Assembly (NCBI GenBank): GCA_945865405.1
Contig: CAMBDS010000007.1
Location: 1,683-65,682 of the forward strand
Reading direction: 5' to 3'
DNA from: Caldithrix abyssi DSM 13497
GTDB lineage: Bacteria; Electryoneota; AABM5-125-24; Hatepunaeales; Hatepunaeaceae
DNA: 64,000 nt
In this document: one piece after another, positions 50,701 through 60,205 of the stretch
Layout of the letters: the number at the start of each line of letters is the position of its first letter
Numbering within the stretch: the stretch's first letter is position 1
The notes under the pieces: generated by a model
The model's input: the letters and a program-made list of their open reading frames with translations, nothing else
What the model was told of the DNA's origin: nothing
The model's database searches: none
Position numbers and translations under genes: made by a program

Positions 50701-51194
50701 CGAAACGAGACAGTTCGCTCGTGGTGAGTAATTGCATCGGTGGGGTTGACTGCCTCGAGGCTGGCAACAGCACGATAAAGAGCATCTTGAGCAAGTTCCG
50801 GTGAGGGGTTATCGCGACGCGCTGGAGAAGGAAGCACCACCTGCAGTGCGTTGAGCAGCCTGTCTCGCTCTTTGGGTGAAGCAAGTTGCCCAAGCTTTAA
50901 AGCCCAGAAGGTTTGGGATTCGACGCCGCGATTCAGGCTTGTATCGAGAGCTAATCTTCTGTTCAGGTAATAAAGAGTAAAACCGGACAGGATTGCGGTA
51001 AAGAGGAATAGTACAAGCCGAACCGGTGGCGAGAAATGAAGAAGTGCCTCCAGAAGTCCAACAACCAGCCAGATTGCTGATAATGAGCCGAGCGAGAGAG
51101 CTATCACCGATTGTCGAACTATGGCACGTTGATCGAGGCGCAGTTTTTCGAGCAGGCCTTCCGCTTGCATCAGTTTTGGATCAGGGGAACTCAT
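47799..51194 (-). CDS. Large (1,131 aa) membrane-anchored protein with N-terminal TM helices, Ig-like middle region and a ~500-aa E/K/Q/M-rich coiled coil (DUF4175-like)
   Basis: There are two to three N-terminal hydrophobic helices. There are long heptad-like charged stretches and a MPGDMPGQMPGD low-complexity patch. The C-terminal ..GYTPDYRRLIREYYNALG resembles the DUF4175 family end as I recall it. It has a 4-nt overlap with the upstream DUF4159 gene. Confidence 0.6.
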   Translation of the reverse strand: MSSPDPKLMQAEGLLEKLRLDQRAIVRQSVIALSLGSLSAIWLVVGLLEALLHFSPPVRLVLFLFTAILSGFTLYYLNRRLALDTSLNRGVESQTFWALKLGQLASPKERDRLLNALQVVLPSPARRDNPSPELAQDALYRAVASLEAVNPTDAITHHERTVSFRIGSALLLSLILSIVIQPATMLGAFGRLFHPTTNYAPTAPFSLAITSTYSWAYRSEPVAFEVVVTGQSPRSASFVYQQEGGDEVSLDVDLTKGNALVEFAGFPTDISYSVRSGEVSSERYNLRIIARPQIVELGYKLHPPAYSRLPVVTGRENVGDIECLPGSAVELNISASKKLASAMLVSSRLSGTTIAVDSLEMGVDDNNASARFTVAGASTYVIRLRDRDKHEDRDPVTYHVHTLTDEYPVVRIAFPEEDIILGDDMQVPLRIEADDDFGVAKLELQYHNLNGDSLIESSPLKSQAATRSVALDTLWSVGHMPLMPGDVLEYWIVVWDNDNVSGPKRSESSRRLVRLPTFEEIVSGVEQNEAEVEQDARKTLEAAKELKEEVAKLVEEMRRDPKADWERQKQIEQAMKNQELVSKQAEQMAKSLDELVGKLEKHDMLTPETLEKYMELQKLMEEVASPELREAMEKLKQAMDTQDPEKIRQALEKFDMDREQFMESIERSLAILEQLKLERKLDELVKRAEELLHAQEEILKDIEANKTEEASRSLDVQKLGVEALKREMADAAKMAEKADKSQISDKLGDLADKMDAMNLSQQMSQTSQEMKSGNKSKAKSSGEKSARDLAEMSSSLSKLSEEFKEQNKAEIAGKIRRLVEELIYVSQDQESLMAASKALGTDSPRYRQLAGQQQDVKQALEGIAGRMLELSKETFFVTPELGATIGKALQNIDRSLEGFSDRLPRSAAQPQKLALGDINRSAAQLLAILGDLSGSSSSSGYEEMMQKLSEMAAQQQGLNQQSGSMPMPGAGSPGEMPGDMPGQMPGDGQSLAKMAAQQRALQQQMEQAAEDAKGIEEMLGDLEGIANAMGEVAKDMENKQLGERTKRLQQQIVSRLLDATRSAREEEYSKKRESKVGNELGRNSPSAIQLDTERERLRRDLLKALQEGYTPDYRRLIREYYNALGEDVIKK

Positions 51195-51892
51195 TGACCG
51201 CCTCGTAATCGCCAGACGACGATGTTCGCGCCCATGCGCAACGCAGCGAGCCGATTTTCAGGCGGATCGTCGTGAACGTCGGGATCTTCCCATCCGTCGC
51301 CAAGGTCGGACTGGTAGCTGTAGAAGGCGACCATCCTGCCATCTAAAAAAATGCCGAATCCCTGCGCTGGTTTGCCGTCATGCTCATGAATTTTCGGCAA
51401 GCCGTTCGGGAACTTGAACAGGGAACTGTAGATCGGGTGTGAAAATGGCAACTCGACCAGCTCGCTTTCAGACAGGACACGCTTGATTTCGCGACGGAAA
51501 GAGGCATCCATCCCGTAGTTATCATCGGCAATAAGGAACCCGCCCGCCTCGAAATATTGTCGAAGTGATTCGACTTCACGAGCGGTGAAGGAGACATTGC
51601 CGTGGCCGTTCATATAGGTGATGGGATATTGGAACAGCTTGGGGTTGCTCAGCTCGATGACGGCTTCACCTTCGGTGGTGACGATACCGGTCTCCTTGCG
51701 GATGAACTTCAACAAATTCGGGATCGATGAGGGATTTGAGTACCAGTCACCGCCACCGCCGTATTTGATTCTGGCAATGGTGACGGCATCTTCGACGGCG
51801 AGGGATGGCGCCGATTGGCTGACTTTGCCGGAGAAGAGCACCGCAAGCAGGGCAATTGCCCAAATGCCTATTTTATTCGTACCCGACATCAA
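51191..51892 (-). CDS. DUF4159 domain protein
   Basis: ARIKYGGGGDWYSNPSSIPNLL...YPITYMNGHGNVSF...GGFLIADDNYG...LPKIHEHDG...LGDGWEDPDVH matches the DUF4159 pattern. Confidence 0.75.
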   Translation of the reverse strand: MMSGTNKIGIWAIALLAVLFSGKVSQSAPSLAVEDAVTIARIKYGGGGDWYSNPSSIPNLLKFIRKETGIVTTEGEAVIELSNPKLFQYPITYMNGHGNVSFTAREVESLRQYFEAGGFLIADDNYGMDASFRREIKRVLSESELVELPFSHPIYSSLFKFPNGLPKIHEHDGKPAQGFGIFLDGRMVAFYSYQSDLGDGWEDPDVHDDPPENRLAALRMGANIVVWRLRGGQ

Positions 51893-52023
51893 TATCTGGT
51901 GTTCTCAAGAAAATTGTGAGGTAGATTCGATTTCCGAAGTTGCAATTCTACATACGGACCGTAAAAGAGATTGCGCTATTATGTTCAACATACGGGAAGG
52001 GAATAAGTTCAATAATTCAATGA

Positions 52024-53259
52024 TCAATGTGCAAAGATGATTATTGAAACTGCCGCGATTGCAGTGATTAAGACAAACGGTAGTGCCTTAAGGATCACGT
52101 GTTTAAGCTCTACGCCGCCGGTCACTTGTGCTGCGAAACGGGCATTGATTGCGCTGGGAGGCAGGACGTCACCGAGACCGGCGAGTATCGAAATTGCCGC
52201 GCAAACCGCGACTTCGTTGCCCCCAAGTAAACCGAGGAGAAATGGCACACCAAAGACCATCGCTGAAGCAAAAGCCGAAACTCCGCCAAAAAGCGGCAGG
52301 CTTATCGCCAGGCCGACGTACTTCAGAGTCACCGGCAACGCCAACACTGTCACGACGAGCAAGCCTCGCACTCCCGTGAGAGTCATTATTTGCAAGAACG
52401 CTCCGACGCCCGCCAGAAGTCCTAATACAGGGAGAGCCAGCCTCAGTGCGCGGTAGGAAGTTCTGACAAAAGGAACCTTTTTACCGGTCATCAATCCCAG
52501 TATCGATCCTGCCATGAAAATCAACGGAATGCCGACATCGGGTAGATATTGTGGGAGAACCCTGACTGCAATCATCAAGCCGAAAACCACTACCAATGGC
52601 ATAAAAAGCAATGCTTTCGAGCGACGTGTCGGATGCGGAAGAGAATTGAACGCCAATTCGAGGTTGGCTTTTCTTAAAGTGGGATAGGCGAGCCAAAACG
52701 ATGCGAGTAACGCCACCGGTACGGTCACGGCGAGGAGGGGAAGCTCGAAGCCGATGTAGGGCATATCGACGCCTTGTCCGATCAGCATCGCCAGCAGGTT
52801 AATCGGCGGGGCAAGCATCCCCATAACAGATACAACAGCAATCAACGTAGCGACGCGGGTTCGCTCCACACCGAGCGAGACGAGAGGCGCTGCCATCAGT
52901 GCGCCGGTCGTCAAAACTGAAGTGGTGGTTATCCCCGTCAGCATTGCCGGAAACATGATGAAGAGAGTCATGCTGATGACGAGCAGAAGCGGCTGCTTTC
53001 CGAAGAGCCTGATGATGCTACCCGCCAGCTCGCCAAGTGCGCCGTTTTCCTCCAGTACCTTCATGAAGAGCATGGCAGTGAAGATGATAATAATCGGGTC
53101 GATGTAGGTGAACATGCCTTCGACCAAATGGCGGATCGGCAGTCCCTGCCCGGCAACAAGCGCCCCGGCAATCGCCCCGCCGAGCAGGGCTATTCCGATT
53201 GGTTGTCGCCGCCAGAACTGCAATAGCAGGAGAGTTCCCACCATTGCCGCGAAAATCAT
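52024..53259 (-). CDS. Polytopic permease of the ion-transporter superfamily (GntP/DctM-like); substrate unknown
   Basis: It is 411 aa, with at least 10 hydrophobic segments and Gly/Ala-rich helices. The family call is weak. Confidence 0.5.
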   Translation of the reverse strand: MIFAAMVGTLLLLQFWRRQPIGIALLGGAIAGALVAGQGLPIRHLVEGMFTYIDPIIIIFTAMLFMKVLEENGALGELAGSIIRLFGKQPLLLVISMTLFIMFPAMLTGITTTSVLTTGALMAAPLVSLGVERTRVATLIAVVSVMGMLAPPINLLAMLIGQGVDMPYIGFELPLLAVTVPVALLASFWLAYPTLRKANLELAFNSLPHPTRRSKALLFMPLVVVFGLMIAVRVLPQYLPDVGIPLIFMAGSILGLMTGKKVPFVRTSYRALRLALPVLGLLAGVGAFLQIMTLTGVRGLLVVTVLALPVTLKYVGLAISLPLFGGVSAFASAMVFGVPFLLGLLGGNEVAVCAAISILAGLGDVLPPSAINARFAAQVTGGVELKHVILKALPFVLITAIAAVSIIIFAH

Positions 53260-53350
53260 CCACTCTTCTTTGAAAATCAGAAACTCCAGATAACTGTTTG
53301 TATTGACAAGCGAGACGCTTATCCTACGCGAAACGGGACTTGCGGGTCAG

Positions 53351-55063
53351 CTAAAAACCTCGCGCCGCGCCGCCGCGTCGTTTATCAGCCGCCCCCAACA
53401 TCTTACCAGTGTTACGGGAGATGGCAATTGCGTGCGCACCGCCGAAGTATTGATTATACGGACCCGGATTGAGGTGTAGTTGGTAGCCCTTCTTGTGCAA
53501 CCATTCGACCGTCGGCTTGGTGAATCGCGTCTCAAGTACCAGATGCTCGCCTATCGGAAAAAAACGTGGAAAATCAACCGCCGCATTAAGATCCATCCTG
53601 CCGACAAGGACGTTGAGCGTTATTTGGGCAACGGTCGAGGTGATCCTCGATGCTCCAGGTGTGCCGACGATCAGCAACGGCAGGTCGTTAGCCAGAACGA
53701 TCAGAGGCGTCATGTTGGATCGTGGACGGGCTTTCGGGCGAATGATGTTCAAAGTGTCGGGCATCGCGCCGAAGTCAGCCATCTGGTTGTTCAGGAGAAT
53801 ACCGGTGTTTCCCGCCATGACTCCGGCGCCGAAAAAGTAGTTGATCGACTGCGTGATTGAGATGACGTTGCCCGAACGATCTGCAACGACGAGATGCGTG
53901 GTATTGCCAATGTTGACTACAGATGGAGCGACCGCAGTGCGGGGCGCAGGTTTGGCGTCAAGCGAGATGCCCGACATCGCTTTGGCGGCAAATTCGGGGG
54001 TCAGCATCTCCCGCCAGTTAGTTTTGACCAGATGCGGATCGCCGACTCGCGCCTCTGCATCGGCATAGGCTTGCTGGATGCACTGAGCGACAAGATGAAT
54101 TGTCTCAGGCGTCCCCATCCCGGTTTTGGTGGCGTCGGTCAGTTGCACAAGATTTAACGCCTCGATTAAAGCCGGTCCACCCATCGATGGCGGTGGAACT
54201 GTCAACAGGTCATACGATTGGAACTTCCCACGGATCGGCTCGACAACGTCTGCACGATAAAATTCGAGATCTTCGAGTGACATCGTGCCTGAGTCGGCGC
54301 GGACAGCTTCGACAATCGACTCAGCGACGGGGCCGCGGTAGAACGATCTCAGCCCCCGTGTGGTCAGACCGCGAAAGGTAGCGGCGAGGTTGGCTTGCCT
54401 TAGTGTATCTCCGGCAATCAGGGGAGCGCCATCCCGAAGAAATATTCCTGCAAGCAGGCTGTCCTGCGAGAATAATCCTTCGGTATAAGAGGCGATCATG
54501 CTGGCAAGTCCGGGGCTGACCGGGAAACCCTCTTCAGCATACTTGATTGCGTCACGGGTTAATCTCCCCAGCGGCATCGTCGCCCAGCCGTCGAAAAGCT
54601 CTGCCCAGCCAGATGCAGCTCCCGGAACGCAAACCGAGGTGCCCCCGTGGCGCATTCGCTTCAGGGTGTCGAGCGGATCGTAATAGAAGGCGGTATCGAT
54701 TGACCGTGGCGCACGATCCCGATAATCAACCACTTTGGCGTCACCATCTGCCATCCTGACAAGGGCGAAGCCTCCACCGCCAAGACCTGATGCGTGCGGT
54801 TCAACCACATTTAAGACGAATAGCGTCGCGATTGCGGCATCAATGGCGTTACCGCCGTCACGGAGAACGGAGACTCCCGCTTCAGCAGCAAGTGGATGCG
54901 CCGCGACAACCATTCCGCTATCAGCTTCGAACGAGGGGGCTGCTGGTTCGAGCGAGGCAAGCTGCCATTTGGGACTGCAACCCGCAACGATTATTGCGAA
55001 GAGCCCGGCAAAAATCAGGCAAAAGGAGCTGCGAGAGGTCGATTTCAAGCTTGATGACGACAT
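53351..55063 (-). CDS. ggt: Gamma-glutamyltransferase (lipoprotein signal)
   Basis: The lipobox is IVAGC. The motifs are GGNAIDAAIA, HASGLGGGGFA, the autoprocessing/nucleophile region GNTTHLVVADRSGN, and GTPGASRI. Confidence 0.9.
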   Translation of the reverse strand: MSSSSLKSTSRSSFCLIFAGLFAIIVAGCSPKWQLASLEPAAPSFEADSGMVVAAHPLAAEAGVSVLRDGGNAIDAAIATLFVLNVVEPHASGLGGGGFALVRMADGDAKVVDYRDRAPRSIDTAFYYDPLDTLKRMRHGGTSVCVPGAASGWAELFDGWATMPLGRLTRDAIKYAEEGFPVSPGLASMIASYTEGLFSQDSLLAGIFLRDGAPLIAGDTLRQANLAATFRGLTTRGLRSFYRGPVAESIVEAVRADSGTMSLEDLEFYRADVVEPIRGKFQSYDLLTVPPPSMGGPALIEALNLVQLTDATKTGMGTPETIHLVAQCIQQAYADAEARVGDPHLVKTNWREMLTPEFAAKAMSGISLDAKPAPRTAVAPSVVNIGNTTHLVVADRSGNVISITQSINYFFGAGVMAGNTGILLNNQMADFGAMPDTLNIIRPKARPRSNMTPLIVLANDLPLLIVGTPGASRITSTVAQITLNVLVGRMDLNAAVDFPRFFPIGEHLVLETRFTKPTVEWLHKKGYQLHLNPGPYNQYFGGAHAIAISRNTGKMLGAADKRRGGAARGF

Positions 55064-55242
55064 TGGACTTCCATGTATATGGTCTGAAACTAAGCAACCT
55101 CTAAGTTAACGACTGATTTAAGCTCGGTCAAGGAATCTTTAGGGTGAAGAAGACTCTCCTCAGACTATATCGGGTTGCGGTTGAGACTTTGAGCGTATTA
55201 TCTTAGTGTACATCACAAATCGTATCTTTCTACTGGAATCCA

Positions 55243-55410
55243 ATGCCAACTATTTACTACTCGGTTATCTTCTGGCTCTACTGGCTGATTGCGCTCTGGC
55301 TTGGTATCTTATTGGCGGCGAAGTTGTGGCGTGACGCCGATAAGGGTCGAAAAGCTACTGCCGCGTTGCTGCTCGTTCCGATATTACTCAGAATTTTCCT
55401 AATAAAATAA
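55243..55410 (+). CDS. Possible small membrane protein (55 aa)
   Basis: MPTIYYSVIFWLYWLIALWLGILLAAKLWRDADKGRKATAALLLVPILLRIFLIK has two hydrophobic helices. It is not in the track (under 60 aa) and is supported only by ORF shape. Confidence 0.3.
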   Translation: MPTIYYSVIFWLYWLIALWLGILLAAKLWRDADKGRKATAALLLVPILLRIFLIK

Positions 55411-55421
55411 GGAATTGCAAA

Positions 55422-55943
55422 TTGAAGTTGAAAAATAAACGAATAGCGCTTTTTGTCGAAGCCGACTATCAGGACATGGAAGTCCATTACCCTCGATATC
55501 GCCTGATTGAAGAAGGCGCAGAGGTCGTTGTCATTGGAACGGGAAGCGCCGAGAAGTACATAGGTAAAAATGGCTACCCGGTAACTGTCGATATGAATGC
55601 CGATCTGGTAGAACCGACAACCTTCGATGGGTTGATTATTCCCGGCGGATGGGCTCCGGATAAGATGCGACTTTCTAAACCGATGGTTGAGTTTGTTCAG
55701 GCGATGACCGAGCACAGCAAGGTAATCGGTTGCATATGCCATGGGGGATGGCTGCTGGCTTCGGCAGGGGTGATAAAAGGGGTGAAGTTAACCTCTTACA
55801 TAGCGATCCGCGACGATCTTGTCAACGCCGGAGCTGTCTGGGTCGATCAGGAAGTGGTGGTGACGGACAAGCTTATCACCTCGCGCAAACCGGATGATCT
55901 TCCAGCATTTATGAGAGAAGTGATCCGGGCATTGGCAGGGTGA
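55422..55943 (+). CDS. DJ-1/PfpI-family protein (PfpI-type intracellular protease-like)
   Basis: FDGLIIPGGWAPDKMR...VIGCICHGGWLLASAG...ITSRKPDDLPAF contains the nucleophile elbow Cys-His. Confidence 0.85.
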   Translation: MKLKNKRIALFVEADYQDMEVHYPRYRLIEEGAEVVVIGTGSAEKYIGKNGYPVTVDMNADLVEPTTFDGLIIPGGWAPDKMRLSKPMVEFVQAMTEHSKVIGCICHGGWLLASAGVIKGVKLTSYIAIRDDLVNAGAVWVDQEVVVTDKLITSRKPDDLPAFMREVIRALAG

Positions 55944-56566
55944 TATGGCTTGGCATCCTGGCGGCGTTGATCATTCTTCCATTCCTGTTGATGATTCCGA
56001 AGGTCCATTGCGGCGGGAGTGGATCGCGGGCGGGGTTTCACCTATTCTTCAGGGTTCTTGGGTTTAAGGTCAAGTTCGATCCAGCGTCGATGACATCACA
56101 AGCAGAATTGCCACAGGGCAAGATTGCTTCAAATGTAACCAATCGCCGTACGTGGCTTTACGAGAGAATTTCTGCCGAAGTCAAATCACGTCAACGTGCA
56201 GCCAATGCGTCACCAACCCAAGGCAATTCCCGTAACCGACTCCCCCTCCTCAAGCTTATCATCCCCAAGCTGTTCAAACTCCTTAAGCGCCTGCTCGCAA
56301 GCATTAGTGCGGACGAAATCTATGTCGAATTGATTGTGGCAACAGAGGATCCAATGTCAACGGCGGTGCTGTATGGCGCGCTTCAGCCGGTCACGATGTT
56401 CAACTCACCCCGTCGCACGTTTCGCATTGGCGTCGATTTTGAACGTGAGTCACCCGATTTTGACCTTCGCTGGTCGTTTTCGGCTAGGCCGATAGTTTGG
56501 CTTTGGATATTTGTCACCTGGACGATGACATTACCTCTATTAAGAATTTGGCGGATGACCAGATAG
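55940..56566 (+). CDS. Hypothetical membrane protein
   Basis: The GTG overlaps the PfpI stop (GTGA). It has an N-terminal TM segment (IWLGILAALIILPFLLMI) and a C-terminal hydrophobic segment. Confidence 0.55.
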   Translation: MIWLGILAALIILPFLLMIPKVHCGGSGSRAGFHLFFRVLGFKVKFDPASMTSQAELPQGKIASNVTNRRTWLYERISAEVKSRQRAANASPTQGNSRNRLPLLKLIIPKLFKLLKRLLASISADEIYVELIVATEDPMSTAVLYGALQPVTMFNSPRRTFRIGVDFERESPDFDLRWSFSARPIVWLWIFVTWTMTLPLLRIWRMTR

Positions 56567-56632
56567 TACTTAAACGAAGAAGTCATGCCGAACCGACGGC
56601 ATGATTTCTTCGTTTTCAGCAGTTTCGGTCGA

Positions 56633-59600
56633 TCACTTGACCAGAACAACCTTCGTTGTTGCTGTTCGGCCATTAGACTCAAGTCGCAACATATAAACCC
56701 CTGCAGCAAGGCCTTCTGCGTTCCAGACGACTTGGTGGGTGCCTGAAGAATAGCGGCCGGAGGTCAACAGTGCAACTTGCCGACCGGAAAGGTCGTAAGC
56801 GGCAAGTGTCGTCCTGCCAGCTTGCGCAAGCGAGAAGGTCAGGCTTAGGGTCGAGTTGAACGGATTGGGGTAGGTGGAATTGATGCCAAATTCAACCGGA
56901 AGGGTACCTGAGTTAAGTTCGACAACTCCCCAACCACCGGTCGTGAAGGCAAAATCGCCCGAAAGAGATACGGAATAGCCGACTTCGGCGGATTTTTTTT
57001 GGGACACAACTCTGATCTCTGGCACTTCGCTAGCGACAAAGCCCTCGACCAGTTCGGTTGACGGATCGTCGCCGTACAAGGTCAATCCCGCCATTCCATC
57101 ACCGCCAACTACGCCACGCCCCGCAACAGATCTGGAAGGAGTCAGCGCTTCCAGTCGGGTGCCTGCTTTTAAATCGCTGATGACGAGAAGGCTGTGCATC
57201 GCGGAGCTACTGGAAATTCCGTCCAACCATACTGCGTCTGCGTTGTTGTAGCGATTGCCAACGGAGGCTCGCTGGTCTCGGGAATAGACCAGTTCGGCGT
57301 CTTCATTGACCCGAACCTGATAGCCCGCGCCGGGTCTAAGTCGATCCATGTCGCTGAAGTTGTAGGCGGGCAGGTAAAATCGACCCTTTCCGTCACGAGC
57401 GATCACCAGATTATCGCCAAGCCCGCTAAAGCCTACTTCAGCGAAAACAGGCGAACGCGGAACATAGGCAATCGTATTCCAGCCTCTGTTGAGCCCTATA
57501 GGAGCGTCATTTGGAAGCGGTTGACCGGCGATGGTCAGAGAGAACTCGCCCGATACTTTCAGCCAGTAGCCGTCCTGCCACTCCCACGAATCGATACCGT
57601 CAAAATTGTGGTCCGGCCAATAGAAGTTGCCCATTCCGTCTTTCCCGAGGATCAACTGCCCGGCATCTACCAGTGGCTGCAGTATCGCTGAAAAATCATC
57701 CGCTTGAACCGGCAATACATTTGTTGAGATGAGATTCCAGCCATTGTCCAACAATATGGTTCGATCGACCATGGCATCTTCAAACGTGACGCTGAGTGTA
57801 ACAGGAAGTTCGACCATGCTACCTACACCATTATGGCTGAACCGTAGCGTGGTTGTGTACACATAATCAGGAGTCAGCCAGTTGGAGTCGAAACTAACAT
57901 CTATTTCTGTCGTGGCATCAGGCTCAATCTCTCCGGCTACAGGATGGGAAACTATCCAATCGGTTTTTGCGGCCAGATTATGGAGATAGAGTCGGTCGTT
58001 CACACCAGCGTTGCTAATACCGAGAAATGTCCAGTTGTATGGATTGACTGAATGTGAAATTGTACAACCAGCTGGTCTTCCTCCGTCGTCAGGAAGCTCC
58101 ATCGCCAGCATTGTATCATTAGTGTTGATGTCCATCTTCATCACAACTCTGCGTGAGTCAATGGGGTTTGTGTAGAAATAGAGCTGGTGTCCGTCAGGGT
58201 CTTTAGGATGGAATCCGAGACCATACGTCCGCATACGACGCGCATTAAGGGTAGTCCGGATATTGCCTTCACGATCACATCCATAGATCGGAGTAATTGC
58301 TCCCGACACCCAGTAGAGTTGACGTTGACTATCCCAAACAATATTACTTGAACCTTGGGCAACAGGCCCAACGAAGCTGGTGATTGAGTCGCCGTCAGTG
58401 TTGAAGCCATAGAGGATCTCGTCAGATCCACCCCAAAGAAGTTCACCGTCCCAAGTGAGACTGGTAAATCCGAATCGTTCTTGCGAAAGCTGGGGAAAGG
58501 TACGCAAAAGCTCACCCTCGCTGTTCAGAACGTAGATCAGCTTTTCCTGGTTAGCATAACCGGCGAGGTAGTAATGTCCATCGACAAAGACTACAGCCTG
58601 AATTCTCTCGTCACCTGTAATTTGGCTTATAGGGAGCGTGTTCATCACTTCCCATGGGGCGTGTTGATGTTCTTCTGGAAAGTCGAGAGTGGAACTCCAG
58701 GTCAGGGTTCCGTTACCGGGATTAGTAACCGTCAACGTCGATTGGAGGGTGTCGTTCAGCTTCATATCAACTTCGAGATCTCGTGGGCGCAACGAAAACT
58801 CGCCGTGAAGAAGATTGAAGTTTTCTTCGAGATCGTCGCCCGGGTTCACTTCGATCTCTCTTGTTTGCGAAAAATAGTCGCGGCGTGAGACTTCAAATAT
58901 GTAATTCCAGGCGGCAATACCATCGAAACTGTAGTAACCGTTTTCGTCGGTAGTATCTGAGTAGTCATACATCACAGAGGCAACTACTGCCCCTTCGACT
59001 CCTGAACCGTCCGCGGCGTCACGGATTTGACCCGAGATTCTACCGCGTCCAGATACTATGAGTATATGAATAGGGATTACTGTTTCAAGTTGATATGGAT
59101 CGTTTGCCTCGATCAAAATTTCACGCTGATACTCACCAATCTCCAAGTCGTCCGTTACGGCAGAGAGTCGGACGTCTTCAGCTTCCCCCGCTTCAATAAA
59201 TCCTTCGTTCGGGTCAATTCGTAGCCAGGATGGTTCGTCACCCACGTCTGAGATTTCGTAATGCAGTCGGTGAATTTCGTCATGAACATCGGAGAGATTC
59301 ATGATGCGGAAATTCTGCTGGTCTGATTCACCGCGTACTGTGTGATTGAATTGGACTTCATCTCTTTCAAAACCAATTTCGCCGTAAACCTCTGGTATTC
59401 CGTCGTCATATCTGTAAATGTTCACACTGTTCCAATTTCCGCCACCCCAAAGATCAAATCCGTCGTGCGTTAGGCCTTGATGAGGGTAATCATTGTTATT
59501 TGAGGCAAATTCACGAATCAAATCCGCTTCATTATCCTCGAAATTGACATCAAATTGCGAGATATAGCTATGTGACAATAGCCAGAAATGTCCTTCAGTA

Positions 59601-60205
59601 TGTTGCGGAACGAATGCCAACGAAACCGCCCGGCGATGACCAGCGATAGCGCCGAGATTTGGGCCAATGGTCACGTTTTCTGCCTGCCTGTTCATGCGAT
59701 AGATCCGATCATCGTTTAGATCGCCGTCGGAACCTTCTGAGTAACCATATAACCAATTTTCATCAAAATCAAAATCCCAATGGCCGCCACGTGGTAGTTG
59801 CACCCTTCTGACGTTCCTTCCATCCCGGTCATATAAATTGGCGACTGAGGAGCTGCCAACGACGTTCCATTGATTCACCCAAAGTAAACCCGTTTCAAGA
59901 TCGAACCCAAGTCCGATTGCATCGTCTCCATTGCCATTGGCCGCACCTTGTTGATCAATCTGATAATCGTGAATTATTTGACCATTGTCGGGATTAAGTG
60001 CCCAAAGATAACAGGGAGCCGCCCTGTTAGTGCCCCAAATCAGATGGGCCGGTTCATCCCACGCTAGCCCCCCCACCGCTGCCCGCGGAGCGTTGTAGCG
60101 TGCCAAGGTCTCGCCAAATTCGTCACGGGCGGGACCACCTTGACTGAATGCAATCAGTGGTGTAAGTAATAATCCGAATACAAGTAAATACTTACTTGAT
60201 TTCAT
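56633..60205 (-). CDS. 1,190-aa T9SS cargo with two propeller modules, Ig-like domains, a CarboxypepD_reg-like domain, the pre-CTD cassette and the CTD
   Basis: The signal is MKSSKYLLVFGLLLTPLIAFSQG. GRISGQIRDAADGSGVEGAVV...TTDENGYYSF is a CarboxypepD_reg-like beta-sandwich. NGWNLISTNV...GWNTIAYVP...VIARDGKGRFYLPAYNFSDM matches the cassette. The CTD reads YPNPFNSTLSLTFSLAQAG...TTKVVLVK. Confidence 0.9.
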   Translation of the reverse strand: MKSSKYLLVFGLLLTPLIAFSQGGPARDEFGETLARYNAPRAAVGGLAWDEPAHLIWGTNRAAPCYLWALNPDNGQIIHDYQIDQQGAANGNGDDAIGLGFDLETGLLWVNQWNVVGSSSVANLYDRDGRNVRRVQLPRGGHWDFDFDENWLYGYSEGSDGDLNDDRIYRMNRQAENVTIGPNLGAIAGHRRAVSLAFVPQHTEGHFWLLSHSYISQFDVNFEDNEADLIREFASNNNDYPHQGLTHDGFDLWGGGNWNSVNIYRYDDGIPEVYGEIGFERDEVQFNHTVRGESDQQNFRIMNLSDVHDEIHRLHYEISDVGDEPSWLRIDPNEGFIEAGEAEDVRLSAVTDDLEIGEYQREILIEANDPYQLETVIPIHILIVSGRGRISGQIRDAADGSGVEGAVVASVMYDYSDTTDENGYYSFDGIAAWNYIFEVSRRDYFSQTREIEVNPGDDLEENFNLLHGEFSLRPRDLEVDMKLNDTLQSTLTVTNPGNGTLTWSSTLDFPEEHQHAPWEVMNTLPISQITGDERIQAVVFVDGHYYLAGYANQEKLIYVLNSEGELLRTFPQLSQERFGFTSLTWDGELLWGGSDEILYGFNTDGDSITSFVGPVAQGSSNIVWDSQRQLYWVSGAITPIYGCDREGNIRTTLNARRMRTYGLGFHPKDPDGHQLYFYTNPIDSRRVVMKMDINTNDTMLAMELPDDGGRPAGCTISHSVNPYNWTFLGISNAGVNDRLYLHNLAAKTDWIVSHPVAGEIEPDATTEIDVSFDSNWLTPDYVYTTTLRFSHNGVGSMVELPVTLSVTFEDAMVDRTILLDNGWNLISTNVLPVQADDFSAILQPLVDAGQLILGKDGMGNFYWPDHNFDGIDSWEWQDGYWLKVSGEFSLTIAGQPLPNDAPIGLNRGWNTIAYVPRSPVFAEVGFSGLGDNLVIARDGKGRFYLPAYNFSDMDRLRPGAGYQVRVNEDAELVYSRDQRASVGNRYNNADAVWLDGISSSSAMHSLLVISDLKAGTRLEALTPSRSVAGRGVVGGDGMAGLTLYGDDPSTELVEGFVASEVPEIRVVSQKKSAEVGYSVSLSGDFAFTTGGWGVVELNSGTLPVEFGINSTYPNPFNSTLSLTFSLAQAGRTTLAAYDLSGRQVALLTSGRYSSGTHQVVWNAEGLAAGVYMLRLESNGRTATTKVVLVK

